Assembly (NCBI RefSeq): GCF_006345805.1
Contig: NC_043016.1
Span: forward strand, 32,302,001 to 32,366,000
DNA length: 64,000 nt
Direction of reading: 5' to 3'
DNA from: Octopus sinensis
Taxonomy: Eukaryota
Under the pieces are notes generated by a model. That model had not been told where the DNA came from, did not search any database, and was given only the letters and a program-made list of their open reading frames with translations. Both the position numbers and the translations under genes were made by a program. Below, in pieces: positions 12,651 through 24,159 of the stretch (position 1 is the first letter of the stretch; each line of letters opens with the position of its first letter).

Positions 12651-13478
12651 TATACATTATCCAATTTGTTGATTTGCTATATGTGGCCCTACCTAATTTA
12701 CTATTATTTAATTTCTTCTTATTTTTCTTATTCCTTGTCATCATCATCATCATCATCATCTTCTTCTTCTTCTTCTTCTTCGTCTTCTTCTTCTTCTCCT
12801 CCTCCTCCTCCTCCTCCTCCTCCTCCTTCTTCTTCTTCTTCTTCTTCTTCTTCTCCTTCTCCTCCTCCTCCTTGATTCTATCCCCTCTACACAACTTACT
12901 CATCTCATAACCACACTTTTATTTACTATTTGTTTCCTCCCAATATAAACGAAAAAAAAATGTCTGGAAGATATACACAGTGTAAAAGCACATCTTTGAT
13001 GCAAATCTGATGAAGTGCCACTCTGTTGTCTAAAACCAGAAACACTACATAAATTCTCACTTCGAATTTTTTGCATAAACTGGCATTGCAAGCAGAGTTG
13101 GTACAGAAACGATTGTAATGAACTGTTAAAGATGTGTTGAAGAATTTTCTATCATATTATCATTTGAATTATAGTTTACTCTTCGCCACACCCACACAAT
13201 GATTTTACCATCGGGAAACCAGGATTTTCTACGCTTGAAGAATTTTGGTATTAGATTGGAATCTGACAATGTTTATAGCCCAGAATTCGGGTTGAGTGCT
13301 TCTCTGGAAATACCCTATCTTTATACGTTAGCAGAACCTAGGACATACATACATATACTTACATGTATGTATGTGTGTGTGTATATATAAATATATTTAT
13401 ATATATATATATATAATATATATATATATATATAATATATATATTATATATATACACATATACATATACATATATATA

Positions 13479-13526
<48 letters not shown>

Positions 13527-14025
13527 GAAGAACACAGTGTGGTTCGATCCTATTTGGTTTATACATACACTGCACTTTGAATGAACCAACCCTGGGTCAG
13601 ATCTACACTTTATTTGGGATTAGTACATATGTGTGCATGTGCAAATACATACTTACTTACAGTATACTACCAACAAACAACTATGAGTTGTAAGCTTGAT
13701 ACTAAGTACCCAACCATTCCTGGCATCCTACATGCTGAATTGTCTAGATTCTAACGAATACTCTATACATGCATACATACATACATACATAAATACATAA
13801 ATACATACGTACATTCATACATACATACATAAATACATACATACATACATACATACATACATACATACATACATACATACATACATACATGCATGCCTAC
13901 ATACATACATATCTCCAATTATTTCTACTTCTCTTGTCAAACTTTTTTTTCCCAACCAGCTGCCGTGCTTGATCACTAAATCCACATGCTTTTTTTATTC
14001 TTTCTCTGTTTATTTCCTCGTGTTC

Positions 14026-14061
14026 CTTTCTGTTGAAGAGCTTAGGCTCGAAACGTAAAAG
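14026..14061 (+). ncRNA. Minimal (dimer-type) hammerhead-like motif with a non-canonical core
   Basis: CTTT-CTGTTGA-A-GAGC TTAG GCTC-GAA-ACGT-A-AAAG. Stems I and II pair, stem III is a loopless ACGT palindrome, and core A6 is replaced by U. Confidence 0.5.
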
Positions 14062-14149
14062 ACTTTCTCACTTTCCCAAGTGTCAAACTAATACACCTGC
14101 TTGTTGTTCATACACCTGTCTTCATTTTTTGTTTTTCTATAAATTTCAA

Positions 14150-14189
<40 letters not shown>

Positions 14190-14269
14190 ACACACACACA
14201 CACACACACACGTAATGAGCTTATTACATTACGAGCCAGGAAAGGTTAAAAGAGTGTACAGAAACAGAT

Positions 14270-14720
14270 GTATATGTTAAATAAAGAAAGGCAATAATGT
14301 AGGCCAGAAGTATGTGCAGAATACATAGAATGAAACTGTAAAAATAGTATAGTGAGCATAAGACTGTATGATGCCAGTGTGCAAAGAGCCATGCTACATG
14401 GCTGTGGAATATGGGCAGTGACCACCAAGGGCATGTGAAGGTTTGAAAGAAATGAGGCTGATATGTTTCGCTGGATGTACAGTGTCAGTGTGCATGTGTG
14501 ACAGAGTGTAACTGTCTTGAGAGAAAAGTAGGACATAAGGAGCACCAGATGTGGTGCATAAAAGAGACAACTGTGCTGGTATGGTCATGTAATGCGTATG
14601 GATGAGGACAGCTGTGTGAAAAAGTGCTGATCTCTAACAGTGGAGGGAACCTGTGGAAGAGGTAGACCCAGGAAGACATGGGAGGAAATGGTGAAGCATG
14701 ATCTTCGAACATTGGGCCTC
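14270..14720 (+). mobile_element. Decayed RTE-LINE 3' ORF fragment
   Basis: Encodes VEGTCGRGRPRKTWEEMVKHDLRTLGL, homologous to the C-terminus of the 20139-20537 ORF, with stops and frameshifts. Confidence 0.85.
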
Positions 14721-14893
14721 ATTTTGGGTCTAGTGATGAAGACCTTTGACAATATGCCATGCTTGAGAAGACACATCAAGCCATGTGAAATCATATTCAT
14801 GGTTGATGCTGGTGTCATGTAACTCGCACCCATACCAGTGATGCATAAAAGGCACTTTTCAAGCTTTGGGTCTCACAGAAGCTATGTGGCCAA

Positions 14894-15537
14894 TGCTGGT
14901 GTCGTGTAATTAGCACCTGTGCCAGTAGGACATAAGAAGCACCTTTTGAGTGTTAGGCCTCATGGAGGCAATGACAAATGACTGAGACCCTTGGTGATAT
15001 TCTGTGCTTGAATAAAAGAGCCATCAAGCCAAGTGAAATCATAGTTGTAGCAGATACTGTCTCATGCAACTAGCACCTGTGCCATTAGCCCGTAAAAGCA
15101 CTCTTTAACTCTTAGAGTGGTTAGCATTAGGAAGGGCATCCAGCAATAGAAATTATGCCAAATCAGACTGGTGTCTGGCGCAGCCTTCAGCTTATCAGCC
15201 CTGGTCAAACCATACATCCCATGCCAACATGGACAACGGACATTAAATGATAGTGGTGATGATGATGATGATAAAGCATTTCTATTGCTGGATGCCCTTC
15301 CTAATGCCAACCACTCTAAGAGTTAAAGAGTGCTTTTACGGGCTAATGGCACAGGTGCTAGTTGCATGAGACAGTATCTGCTACAACTATGATTTCACTT
15401 GGCTTGATGGATCTTTTATTCAAGCATAGAATATCACCAAGGGTCTCAGTCATTTGTCATTGCCTCCATGAGGCCTAACACTCAAAAGGTGCTTCTTATG
15501 TCCTACTGGCACAGGTGCTAATTACACGACACCAGCA
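14894..15537. repeat. Local inverted duplication: 260-bp arms (14894-15153 / 15278-15537) with a 124-bp spacer
   Basis: The arms are reverse complements with about 3 mismatches by eye and consist of decayed RTE 3'UTR sequence. Confidence 0.9.
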
Positions 15538-16331
15538 ATCAGGACTTGTCAAATTTTGGGGAAGAATGGAATTTTTTAGAGAATACAATATACTAACAGG
15601 TAATGACTGATGTGTGTTGTTTATGCTTTGACAATTTCGAAGTGAAAAAAAAATGTTATTCATTTCTAATATTCTGTGGAATGATGTGGGAAAATAAGTA
15701 AGTGTTGGTGATAGGAAGGGCATCTAGCTATAGAAAATCTGCCCCAATATATTTCATCTGACCCATGCAGGCATGGGAATGTGAATGTGAAAACAATGGT
15801 GATGATGATATAAATATATATTCTTTTATTCTTTTATTTGTTTCAGTCACTTGACTCTCGCCATGCTGGAGCACCGCCTTGAAGGGCTTTAAGTTGAACA
15901 AGTCGACCTGAGGACTTATATCTTAAGCCTAGTACTTATTCTATCAGTATCTTTTGTCAAACCACTAAGTTACAGGGACATAAACACACCAGCACTGGTT
16001 GTCAAGGGATGATAGTGGGAGCAAACACAGATACAAATATACACACACGTAGATATGTGCACACACACACACACACACGCACATATATATACACACAATG
16101 GACTTATTTCAGTTTCTGTCTACCAAATCCACTCAAGGCTTTGATTAGCCTGAGGTTACAGTAGAAGATACTTGCCTAAGGTTACACATTGGGACTGAAT
16201 CTGGAACCATGTAGTTGAGAAGCAAGCTTCTTACCACACAGCCACTCCTGCACCTATAAATGTGACCTCGTGTGTACCGTTGGCGATTTTTTTCCTCCAT
16301 CTTCCCTTCTCTGGATCTTTCCTTCTCCTAT

Positions 16332-16366
16332 GTTTCCGACGAAGAGCTCCGCTCGAAATGATAAAC
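16332..16366 (+). ncRNA. Decayed minimal hammerhead-like motif
   Basis: GTTT-CCGACGA-A-GAGC TCC GCTC-GAAATGAT-AAAC. Same architecture as 14026-14061, but the core and stem III are mutated. Confidence 0.4.
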
Positions 16367-16452
16367 CCTCCTTCTTTCCTGAGCGTCCAATAATACTATA
16401 TTTGTTCCACGTCCTCGCGTTGTTGTGTTTTTTTGTGCTTTCTTGTTTGGAT

Positions 16453-16489
<37 letters not shown>

Positions 16490-17061
16490 TTTCTCTTTTA
16501 CTTGTTTCACTCTCATTAGATTTCTGCCATACTGAGATACTGCCTTGAAGAATTTTTAGTTGAATGAATGAATCCCAGGACAAATACAGACAACACACAT
16601 GCACTCACTCACACACACACACACACACACACATGATGGGCTTTTTTTTCAGTTTCCATCTACCAAATCCATTCACAAAGCTTTGGTCAAGCCAAGGCTA
16701 TAGTAAAACACACTAAAAGACACTTGCCCAGGGTACAATGCAGTGGAACTGAATCCAGAACTATTTGGTTGGAAAGCAATCTTCTTACCACACAGCCACA
16801 CCTCATCATCAAAAATTTTTTTATTAACATTAAGTGCACAATCCCAGTCCAATGTTTCATACCTTGCCTGATTTTTTTTTTTCATTAGTCTTTGGATACA
16901 CAAATATGGTTGTATGACAAAAAAGTTTACTTCTGAACCACATGGTTCCAGGTTTTCAGTCCCACTGCATAGCACCTTGGGCAAGTGTTTTTGACTATAA
17001 CTTTGGGCCAACCAAAGACTTGTGAGTGAGCTTAATTAGACAAAAACATGAAGGAATCTTG

Positions 17062-17099
<38 letters not shown>

Positions 17100-17268
17100 T
17101 GTTTTCATCCAAAATGGAAATGAAAACCATTTCCTCATGTGATCGACTTGAAAAATTGTTAAGATATAAGATATTTTTCTTAATATGAAACCAATGGTAG
17201 CCTTAATACACAAATAAAGAAATTTTATCCATCAATGCAGTGTTGAGCACTCATTCTCATTCTTTGAA

Positions 17269-17301
<33 letters not shown>

Positions 17302-17389
17302 CATACATACATACATACATACATACATACATACATACATACATACATACATACATACATACATACATACATGCATGCATGCATGATGG

Positions 17390-17680
17390 TATGTGCCGTC
17401 AAAGAGGTCAGCTGCCCTGCCAATATTATTATCTCTTTTTTGAAAATCAAAGAAAAAAGAGGATATCTATGGACAACTGCTTCTATATCCACACTATGAA
17501 TTCATATTCATAGCAGTAATAATTGGAGCATTAGGTTTTGTTAGTAAATGCTTAAAGGAGAATCTGGATAAACTGGGGTTTTCAGAAAGAGAAATTGACC
17601 GGCTAAATTGTACATTACAAGTGCAATCTGTGAGTGGAACAGTAAAAATATGCAAGATTTTTCTCCAGTTCCAAATGTGA
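17390..17680 (+). mobile_element. 3' end of a restriction-like-endonuclease (R4/NeSL-type) non-LTR retrotransposon
   Basis: Translates with one frameshift as EVSCPANIIISFLKIKEK/EDIYGQLLLYPHYEFIFIAVIIGALGFVSKCLKENLDKLGFS...VSGTVKICKIFLQFQM*, typical of an RLE C-terminus. Confidence 0.7.
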
Positions 17681-18352
17681 ATTTGTCTGTGTTAACTACA
17701 TCCCAAATATGGAGCCTTGTATCTTTGCTGGAAACCAGCACCCTCCTTAGTGGAAGATTTATATTAATTAAAAAATAGAAGAGATATACATACATATATA
17801 TCTCTTCTCTTCCCCCTCCTTAATTATTCTGTCTCTCTGTTTCTACTTCTCTCTCTTCTCTTCCCACGTGACCGATTGGTCAGCCTGCTCTTTCTTTCTT
17901 GGTCTGACTGTTGTCTGTGCAACATTGATATTCTTCCCTGTGTTTGTGAAATTTTTGTATCTCTGCTGTAAGGCTTCATTTCTACATGTGCCAGTTTAAT
18001 TCAATTCATCCTTAGTTGAAAGACATCAGTTGTTGATGTTCTGTTATTATTTTTATTGTATTTATATTTGTGCAACATTGTCCGTTTTTTCCGTCCTTGT
18101 TTTTGTATACATTCGTTGCTTTCTTCCAAGGAATCTAATGCTCTTAGCTTAGTTTTTCCTTGGGGCTGGCCAGATTGGAGCAATCTCAAGAATAATCAGC
18201 CGAAATTGTGAGGATAATCTGGTGCTTGACTGAGGAAAGAAAACTTCAAATGACCCTTGTTTTCTTTGTATCATCTATCTGGATGTTTTGTTGTCCCTTT
18301 TTGTATCACCTAGCTGTCCGGATGTTTTACATTCTTGTCCCATTTTGCATAT

Positions 18353-18400
<48 letters not shown>

Positions 18401-18637
18401 GTTTTATTTATTATTTTGCACATTACTTAAACATTGGTATATGTTTTATCTTATATTTAATCTTTCTATAAGATATAATTTTTCTAAATGGTATAATTTA
18501 ATTTTTTCATTATTGAATTGATAAAAGGTGTATTTTTCTAATTTATATATATATATATATATATAACATTTTGTGAAATTTGATTTAGTATTTCTAAATT
18601 GAATTGTTCCCTGTAAGTTTGGAATAATATTTCCTCA

Positions 18638-18689
<52 letters not shown>

Positions 18690-18750
18690 AATAATATTAT
18701 ATATATGTTGGTTGTCTACTCCTTATACAGAGTCTGACCACGTCTTGTAC

Positions 18751-19130
18751 TTACACCTTAGCACCATCATGGCATCTGATGTAGTTTTTTAAGCCAGGCA
18801 ATGTATTAAAAATACACCCACATAGATTGCATCTCCAATTTGGACCACCAAGGAGTGCAGTTAAGTTCTGATATTTGCGGATCTTAAAATATTTTTTTGA
18901 GGCCTCCATTAGATTTTCAGACCTTATGGCATACATTGCATTGAAAGGTGTGCACAGACATATATGCAGAGTAATTGGTGGAGGTTCATTTTTTCATGGG
19001 TCTACAAGTGAGATTTGATCCCAGCATAAGAAAGGTATGGTCTGTCACAAACTGTGCACACAAAAAGCTCACTGAGATTCACCTTGTCGATCGCAACATT
19101 CTTCTTTAAATCTGTCTCTTGAGTGTTGCA
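18751..19130 (-). mobile_element. Decayed LINE 3' end with C2H2 zinc knuckles (RTE-BovB-like)
   Basis: WRCNLCGCIFNTLPGLKNYIRCH*, an upstream FVCTVCDRPF remnant, then a short tail and (TAA)n. Confidence 0.5.
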
Positions 19131-19493
19131 AAAGCCCTCACTCTATGTGTTCATGTCTGTGTTAATCCCCGACCACTGCTTGACAACTGGTGTTGTTGTG
19201 TTTATGTCCCCATAACTTAGCAGTTCTGCAAAAGAGACTGTTAGAATAAGTACCAGGTTTGAATAAAAGAAAAAAATTATTATTACCGGGGTCGATTCAT
19301 TCGACTAAAATACTGCAAGGTTGTGCTCCAGCATGACTGCAGTTTAAAATCTGAAACTAGTAAAAACTAAAAGGAAAATTCTGTTGTGTCTGGGGAGCGT
19401 CATTTTCTTTTTGTGCCTTATAATGTAACACACTCACCAGTAAAATTTCCACAAGAAATAAGTGGAAATTTTACCGGTGAGTGTGTTACATTA

Positions 19494-22400
19494 TCATCAT
19501 CATCATCATCGTTTAACGTCCGCTTTCCATGCTAGCATGGGTTGGACGGTTCAACTGGGGTCTGGCAAGCCCGAAGGCTGCACCAGGCCAGTCAGATCTG
19601 GCAGTGTTTCTACAGCTGGATGCCCTTCCTAACGCCAACCACTCCGAGAGTGTAGTGGGTGATTTTATGTGCCACCGACACAGGTGCCAGACGAGGCTGG
19701 CAGACGGCCACGCTCGGATGGTGATTTTTATGTGCCACCGACACAGGTGCCAGACGAGGCTGGCTGACGGCCACACTCGGATGGTGTTTTCTTATGTGTC
19801 ACCGACACAGGTGCCAGACGAGGCTGGCGGACGGCCATGCTCGGATGGTGTTTGTTACGTGCCCTGAGCACGGAGGCCAGTTGTTGCGGTACTGGCTACA
19901 GTCACGTTCGGATGGTTTTCTTATGTGCCACCGGCACTGGTACCACAAGGATACAAATTCCATTGATGTTCATCTATTTTGATTTGGTTCGATTTGATTT
20001 GATTTGATTCGATTTGATTTGATTTGATTCGATTCGATTCTCACTTGCCTCAACAGGTCTTCACAAGTGTCACAAGAAGGAAGGTATGCACAGGTGGACT
20101 GACTACGTCCCAGGTAGGGGCCACGGATTATGGCTTCACTAGTCTTGCCGGGTCTTCTCACGCACAGCATACTTCCATAGGTCTCGGTCTCTAGTCATTT
20201 CCATGGTGAGGCCTAACGTCCGAAGGTCATGCTTCACCACCTCGTCCCAGGTTTTCCTGGGTCTACCTCTTCCATGGGTTCCCTCAACTGCTAGGGATTG
20301 GCACTTTCTCACACACTTATCTTCATCCATTCTCACCACATGACCATACCAGCGCAATCGTCTCTCTTGCACACCACAACTGATGCTTCTTAGGTACAAC
20401 ATTTCTCTCAAGGTACTAACGCTCTGTCGAGTAAGTACACTGACATTACACATCCATCGGAGCATACTGGCTTCGTTCCTCACGAGCTTACGCATGTCCT
20501 CAGCAGTCACGGCCCATGTTTCACTACCATGTAGCATAGCTGTTCATACACATACATCATACAGTCTGCCTTTTACTCTGAGCGAGAGGCCTTTAGTCAC
20601 CAGCAGAGGTAAGAGCTCCCTAAACTTTGCCCAGGCTATTCTTATTCTAGCAGTTACACTTTCAGCGCACCCACCCCCACTACTGACTTGGTCACCTAGA
20701 TAGCGGAAGCTATCAACTACTTCTAGTTTTTCCGCCCGGAAAGTGACGGAAGTTGTTTTCTGCAGATTTTCGGAGGTCAATGCTCCAGAGCATCTGCCAC
20801 ATACAAAAACTATCTTCCCAGTTAGCCTACCTTTGACATTGCTGCACCTCTTATGTGTCCATAGCTTACACTGGGTACATCTTATAGAGTTTCTACCTAC
20901 ACCTTTTCTACAGATCAAGCAGGGCCATCTTCCTGAGGATATTTGTGGATTTTCTACCTTTCTACTTATTAAGACTTTGGTTTTAGCTAGGTTGACTCTA
21001 AGGCCCCTCGATTCTAAACCCTCCTTCCACACCTGGAACTTCTCCTCCAGTTCTGATAGTGACTCAGCAATTAGAGCGAGGTCGTCAGCATAGAGGAGCT
21101 CCCAGGGGCAACCTGTCTTGAATTCCTCCGTAATTGCCTGGAGGACTATGATAAATAGGAGGGGGCTGAGTACTGAACCCTGGTGGACCCCAACCTCTAC
21201 TTTGAATTCTTCTGTGTACATGTTGCCAACTCTAACCTTACTTACGGCATCTCTGTACATGGCTTGCACAGCCCTCACCAGCCATTCATCTATCCCTAGT
21301 TTCCTCATTGACCACCAGATGAGGGATCGGGGGGACCCTATCAAAGGCTTTCTCCATGTCAACGAAAGCCAGGTACAGGGGCTTATCTTTGGCTAGGTAT
21401 TTCTCCTGCAGCTGCCTTACCAGGAATATAGCATCAGTGGTGCTTTTCCCTGGGACAAACCCAAACTGCATCTCATCTAAACTAACTCTCTCTCTAATTA
21501 GTTGGGCTATGACCCTCTCCGTAACCTTCATTACCTGATCCAACAGCTTGATACCTCTGTAATTATTTGTATCCAGGGCATCACCTTTACCTTTGTAGCA
21601 GTTGACTAGTATGCTGCTACACCAGTCATTGGGTATGACTTCTTCGTGTATCACCTGGTTGACTATACGGGTGACTAGGTTATAGCCGACACTGCCAGAT
21701 ATTTTGAGCATCTCTGCAGTAATTCCTGATGGGCCTGGGGCTTTCCCTGTCTTCATGCTTCTAATTGCCTTAGCTACCACGGAACTATCAACTCGGATAG
21801 CTGGTCCCTCTGTTGGGTCAACATTCGGCAGACTCTCTTTATCCCATTCATTTTCTTTATTCAGCAACCTTTCATAGTGGCATCTCCAAACCTCTCTCTT
21901 TGCATCCATGCGAACACACTTCTCTCCTACCACATCACGATTCTCTCTCACACACTGTCTTGCAACACGAAATACCTCAAGTCTTTCATCCTCACGGCTC
22001 AGAACATTGGCAAATTTTTTCTTATCCGCTTCCCCTCTGGCTAAATAAACCTGTCTCCTAGCTTCCCTTTTGGCTGTCTGATACAATTCCCTGCTACCAC
22101 CATTCTTCCAGTCCTTCCAAGCCTGTCTCTTTTGTCTAATAGCCCTGTCAACCACAGTGTTCCACCACCATGTTACTCTGGGTTGAGATGGTACTTTGCT
22201 CCATCCACAGATCTGGTCAGTGGCTGTCAGCAGATTGTCCCGTAGGAATCTCCAGTTGTCTTCCACATTAAGTGAAGCTATATCCCCTTCTATTTCGTCA
22301 GAGGCTTCGAGTAGTATGTCTCTAAATCTCTGTCCATTTGCAGGATCTTTAAGCTTCCAGACCCTTCTCCTCCAAGCTGGTCTTCTTCTGGGCAACCATT

Positions 22401-22584
22401 TAGCTCTGATCCTGAAGTCGCTAACTACTAATCTATGTTGGGGAGTACATTCTTCGCCTGGGAAGGTTTTGGCATTTATAATCAGCCCTCTTTCCCTTTT
22501 TCTGGCAAGGATGTAGTCAATCTGGCTGGTGTGTCTGCCAGAACGGTAGGTGACTAGGTGAGAGGTGGGTTTCCTGAAGTGGGT
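19494..22584 (-). mobile_element. RTE-clade LINE, 5'-truncated within the AP endonuclease, with 3'UTR and (GAT)n tail
   Basis: APE end (SQIDYIL, QHRLVVSD), RT motifs (QFGFVPG, KAFDRVP, GVHQGSVLSP, YADD at 21081-21092), RTE C-terminus GRGRPRKTW, and a 3'UTR with ~60-bp and 5-bp tandem repeats. Confidence 0.95.
20139..22584 (-). pseudogene. Disrupted endonuclease/reverse transcriptase ORF of the RTE LINE
   Basis: The three track ORFs join into one. There is a +1 frameshift in a 6-G run (21329-21334), an in-frame TGA at 20544-20546 (likely CGA decay), and a probable short in-frame deletion near VRMD/AKRE. Confidence 0.9.
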
Positions 22585-23269
22585 CACAAAAATAAAATGA
22601 CTCTCCCCAGACACAACAGAATATGCTTCAACACACGAACTCACATAAAGAATCTTGCAAACCAAATCCAAAAACAAAATATAAAAGGAAAATATAATTA
22701 AAAATCAAATATTAGTTTCTCCATTCTTGTAAATTACAAGAAGCCATTTGTTTTAGATTTAAAAGATGGGGGGGAAAAAAAAATCAAGTTTTGCGATGTT
22801 CATGCCATCAACTTGGAAACAAAACTATGTTTGAAGATTTTACTCTTTCATTGCTTTCCATAAATTTAATAAGAACCAGAGTTGAAACTCATTATTTAGT
22901 CGATAAAATCGTTAGTGCATCTAGGTGAAATATTGTCTACGTCAGCAGGAACCGGTTGAAAACATAAGCATGTGTGCAAAAATGTTGTGACTATATGTAT
23001 ATGAGAAGCAGGGACTAACTCGTAAGGAAGGGAATGCTTCTTCTGGAAAGAAAGAAAAGGAAAAAAAAAAACACTGATTTATGCTTCTTCTCAAACATTA
23101 AACTGTGACATCTTTTTCTCGGAATACCAAACTCATACTTCTTTTCTGTTTTTCGTTTTTAATTTATTCTTCTCCTACGCATAAATTTGATTTCTTTATC
23201 TTCACCCAGGAAGTTATGTTTCAGTATATTGTTAATTTGACATACTTCTGCTGTCACCTGTACTACTTC

Positions 23270-23292
23270 TATTGCTGCTGCTGCTGCTGCTG

Positions 23293-23338
<46 letters not shown>

Positions 23339-23740
23339 CGCCACCACTGCTACTATTACTACACCACCACTACCACATCACCATCACCACCACCACCACC
23401 ACCACCACTACCACATCACTACCACATTACCACCACCACCACTACCACATCACCACCACCAGCACACCAACAACAACAACTACCACCACTACTGTCACCA
23501 GCATCTCCACCACCACTACAACTACTAATACTATTATTACCACTACCACGACCACAACCACCACCACTAACACCAACATCACTATTACTTCTACTACTGT
23601 TGTTACCACCACCACCGCCACCACTACCATTACTACCACCACCACTACCATTACTACCACCACCACCACTACTGCTACTACTACTACTACTACTACTACT
23701 ACCAACGTCACAAACCATCACTACCACTCCTACCAAAGAT
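23270..23740. repeat. (CTA)n/(CCA)n trinucleotide tract
   Basis: Low-complexity sequence that explains the poly-T/P/Y/H ORFs. Confidence 0.9.
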
Positions 23741-24159
23741 GTGAGCTTGGGCCATTATGAACAGTAACACTATGTACAACTACAGTATTCAATTATGTTG
23801 TAGGTGTGTGAAGTTTTCGTTTATTAATACTATCGCCTTACTACAACAGCATCCACCACACTACTACAGCTCCTACTAAACTCATTAATAATGTTAGTGA
23901 AATGAAATGGCATCGACTGGGAATCAAAATTGAATTGGGAATTTGGCTCTCTGGAATACTGTTTCCTAATATTTAGTCTTTACTATTCATTTCAAATTAT
24001 TGAAAATTTGGAAGCAAAAATAATTGCAAAAGAAAAATTGCAAAAAAATGTAAAAAAAAAAAAAAAATTGAAGTTTATATAGAACTGACTCTATTTTATA
24101 ATTTGAATCTTAAATCATATACATTTAGTTAAAAATTGGTAATTTCAGTCAAATATATT

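Larger units (their letters stand above)
19379..22621. repeat. Palindromic MITE-like element whose right arm is split by the RTE LINE
   Basis: Left arm 19379-19452, 9-bp loop, right arm 19462-19493 resuming at 22585-22621 (CACAAAAATAAAATGACTCTCCCCAGACACAACAG). Confidence 0.8.

Noticed and set aside
15540-15599. Open frame GLVKFWGRMEFFREYNILT ending at CAG|gtaatg
   Set aside because: There is no acceptor because it abuts the inverted duplication, it is too short, and no homology was recognised.
19665-19940. CRISPR-like array of ~60-bp repeats (also 31945-32230)
   Set aside because: These are contiguous tandem repeats without unique spacers, inside an RTE 3'UTR, in a eukaryote with no cas genes.
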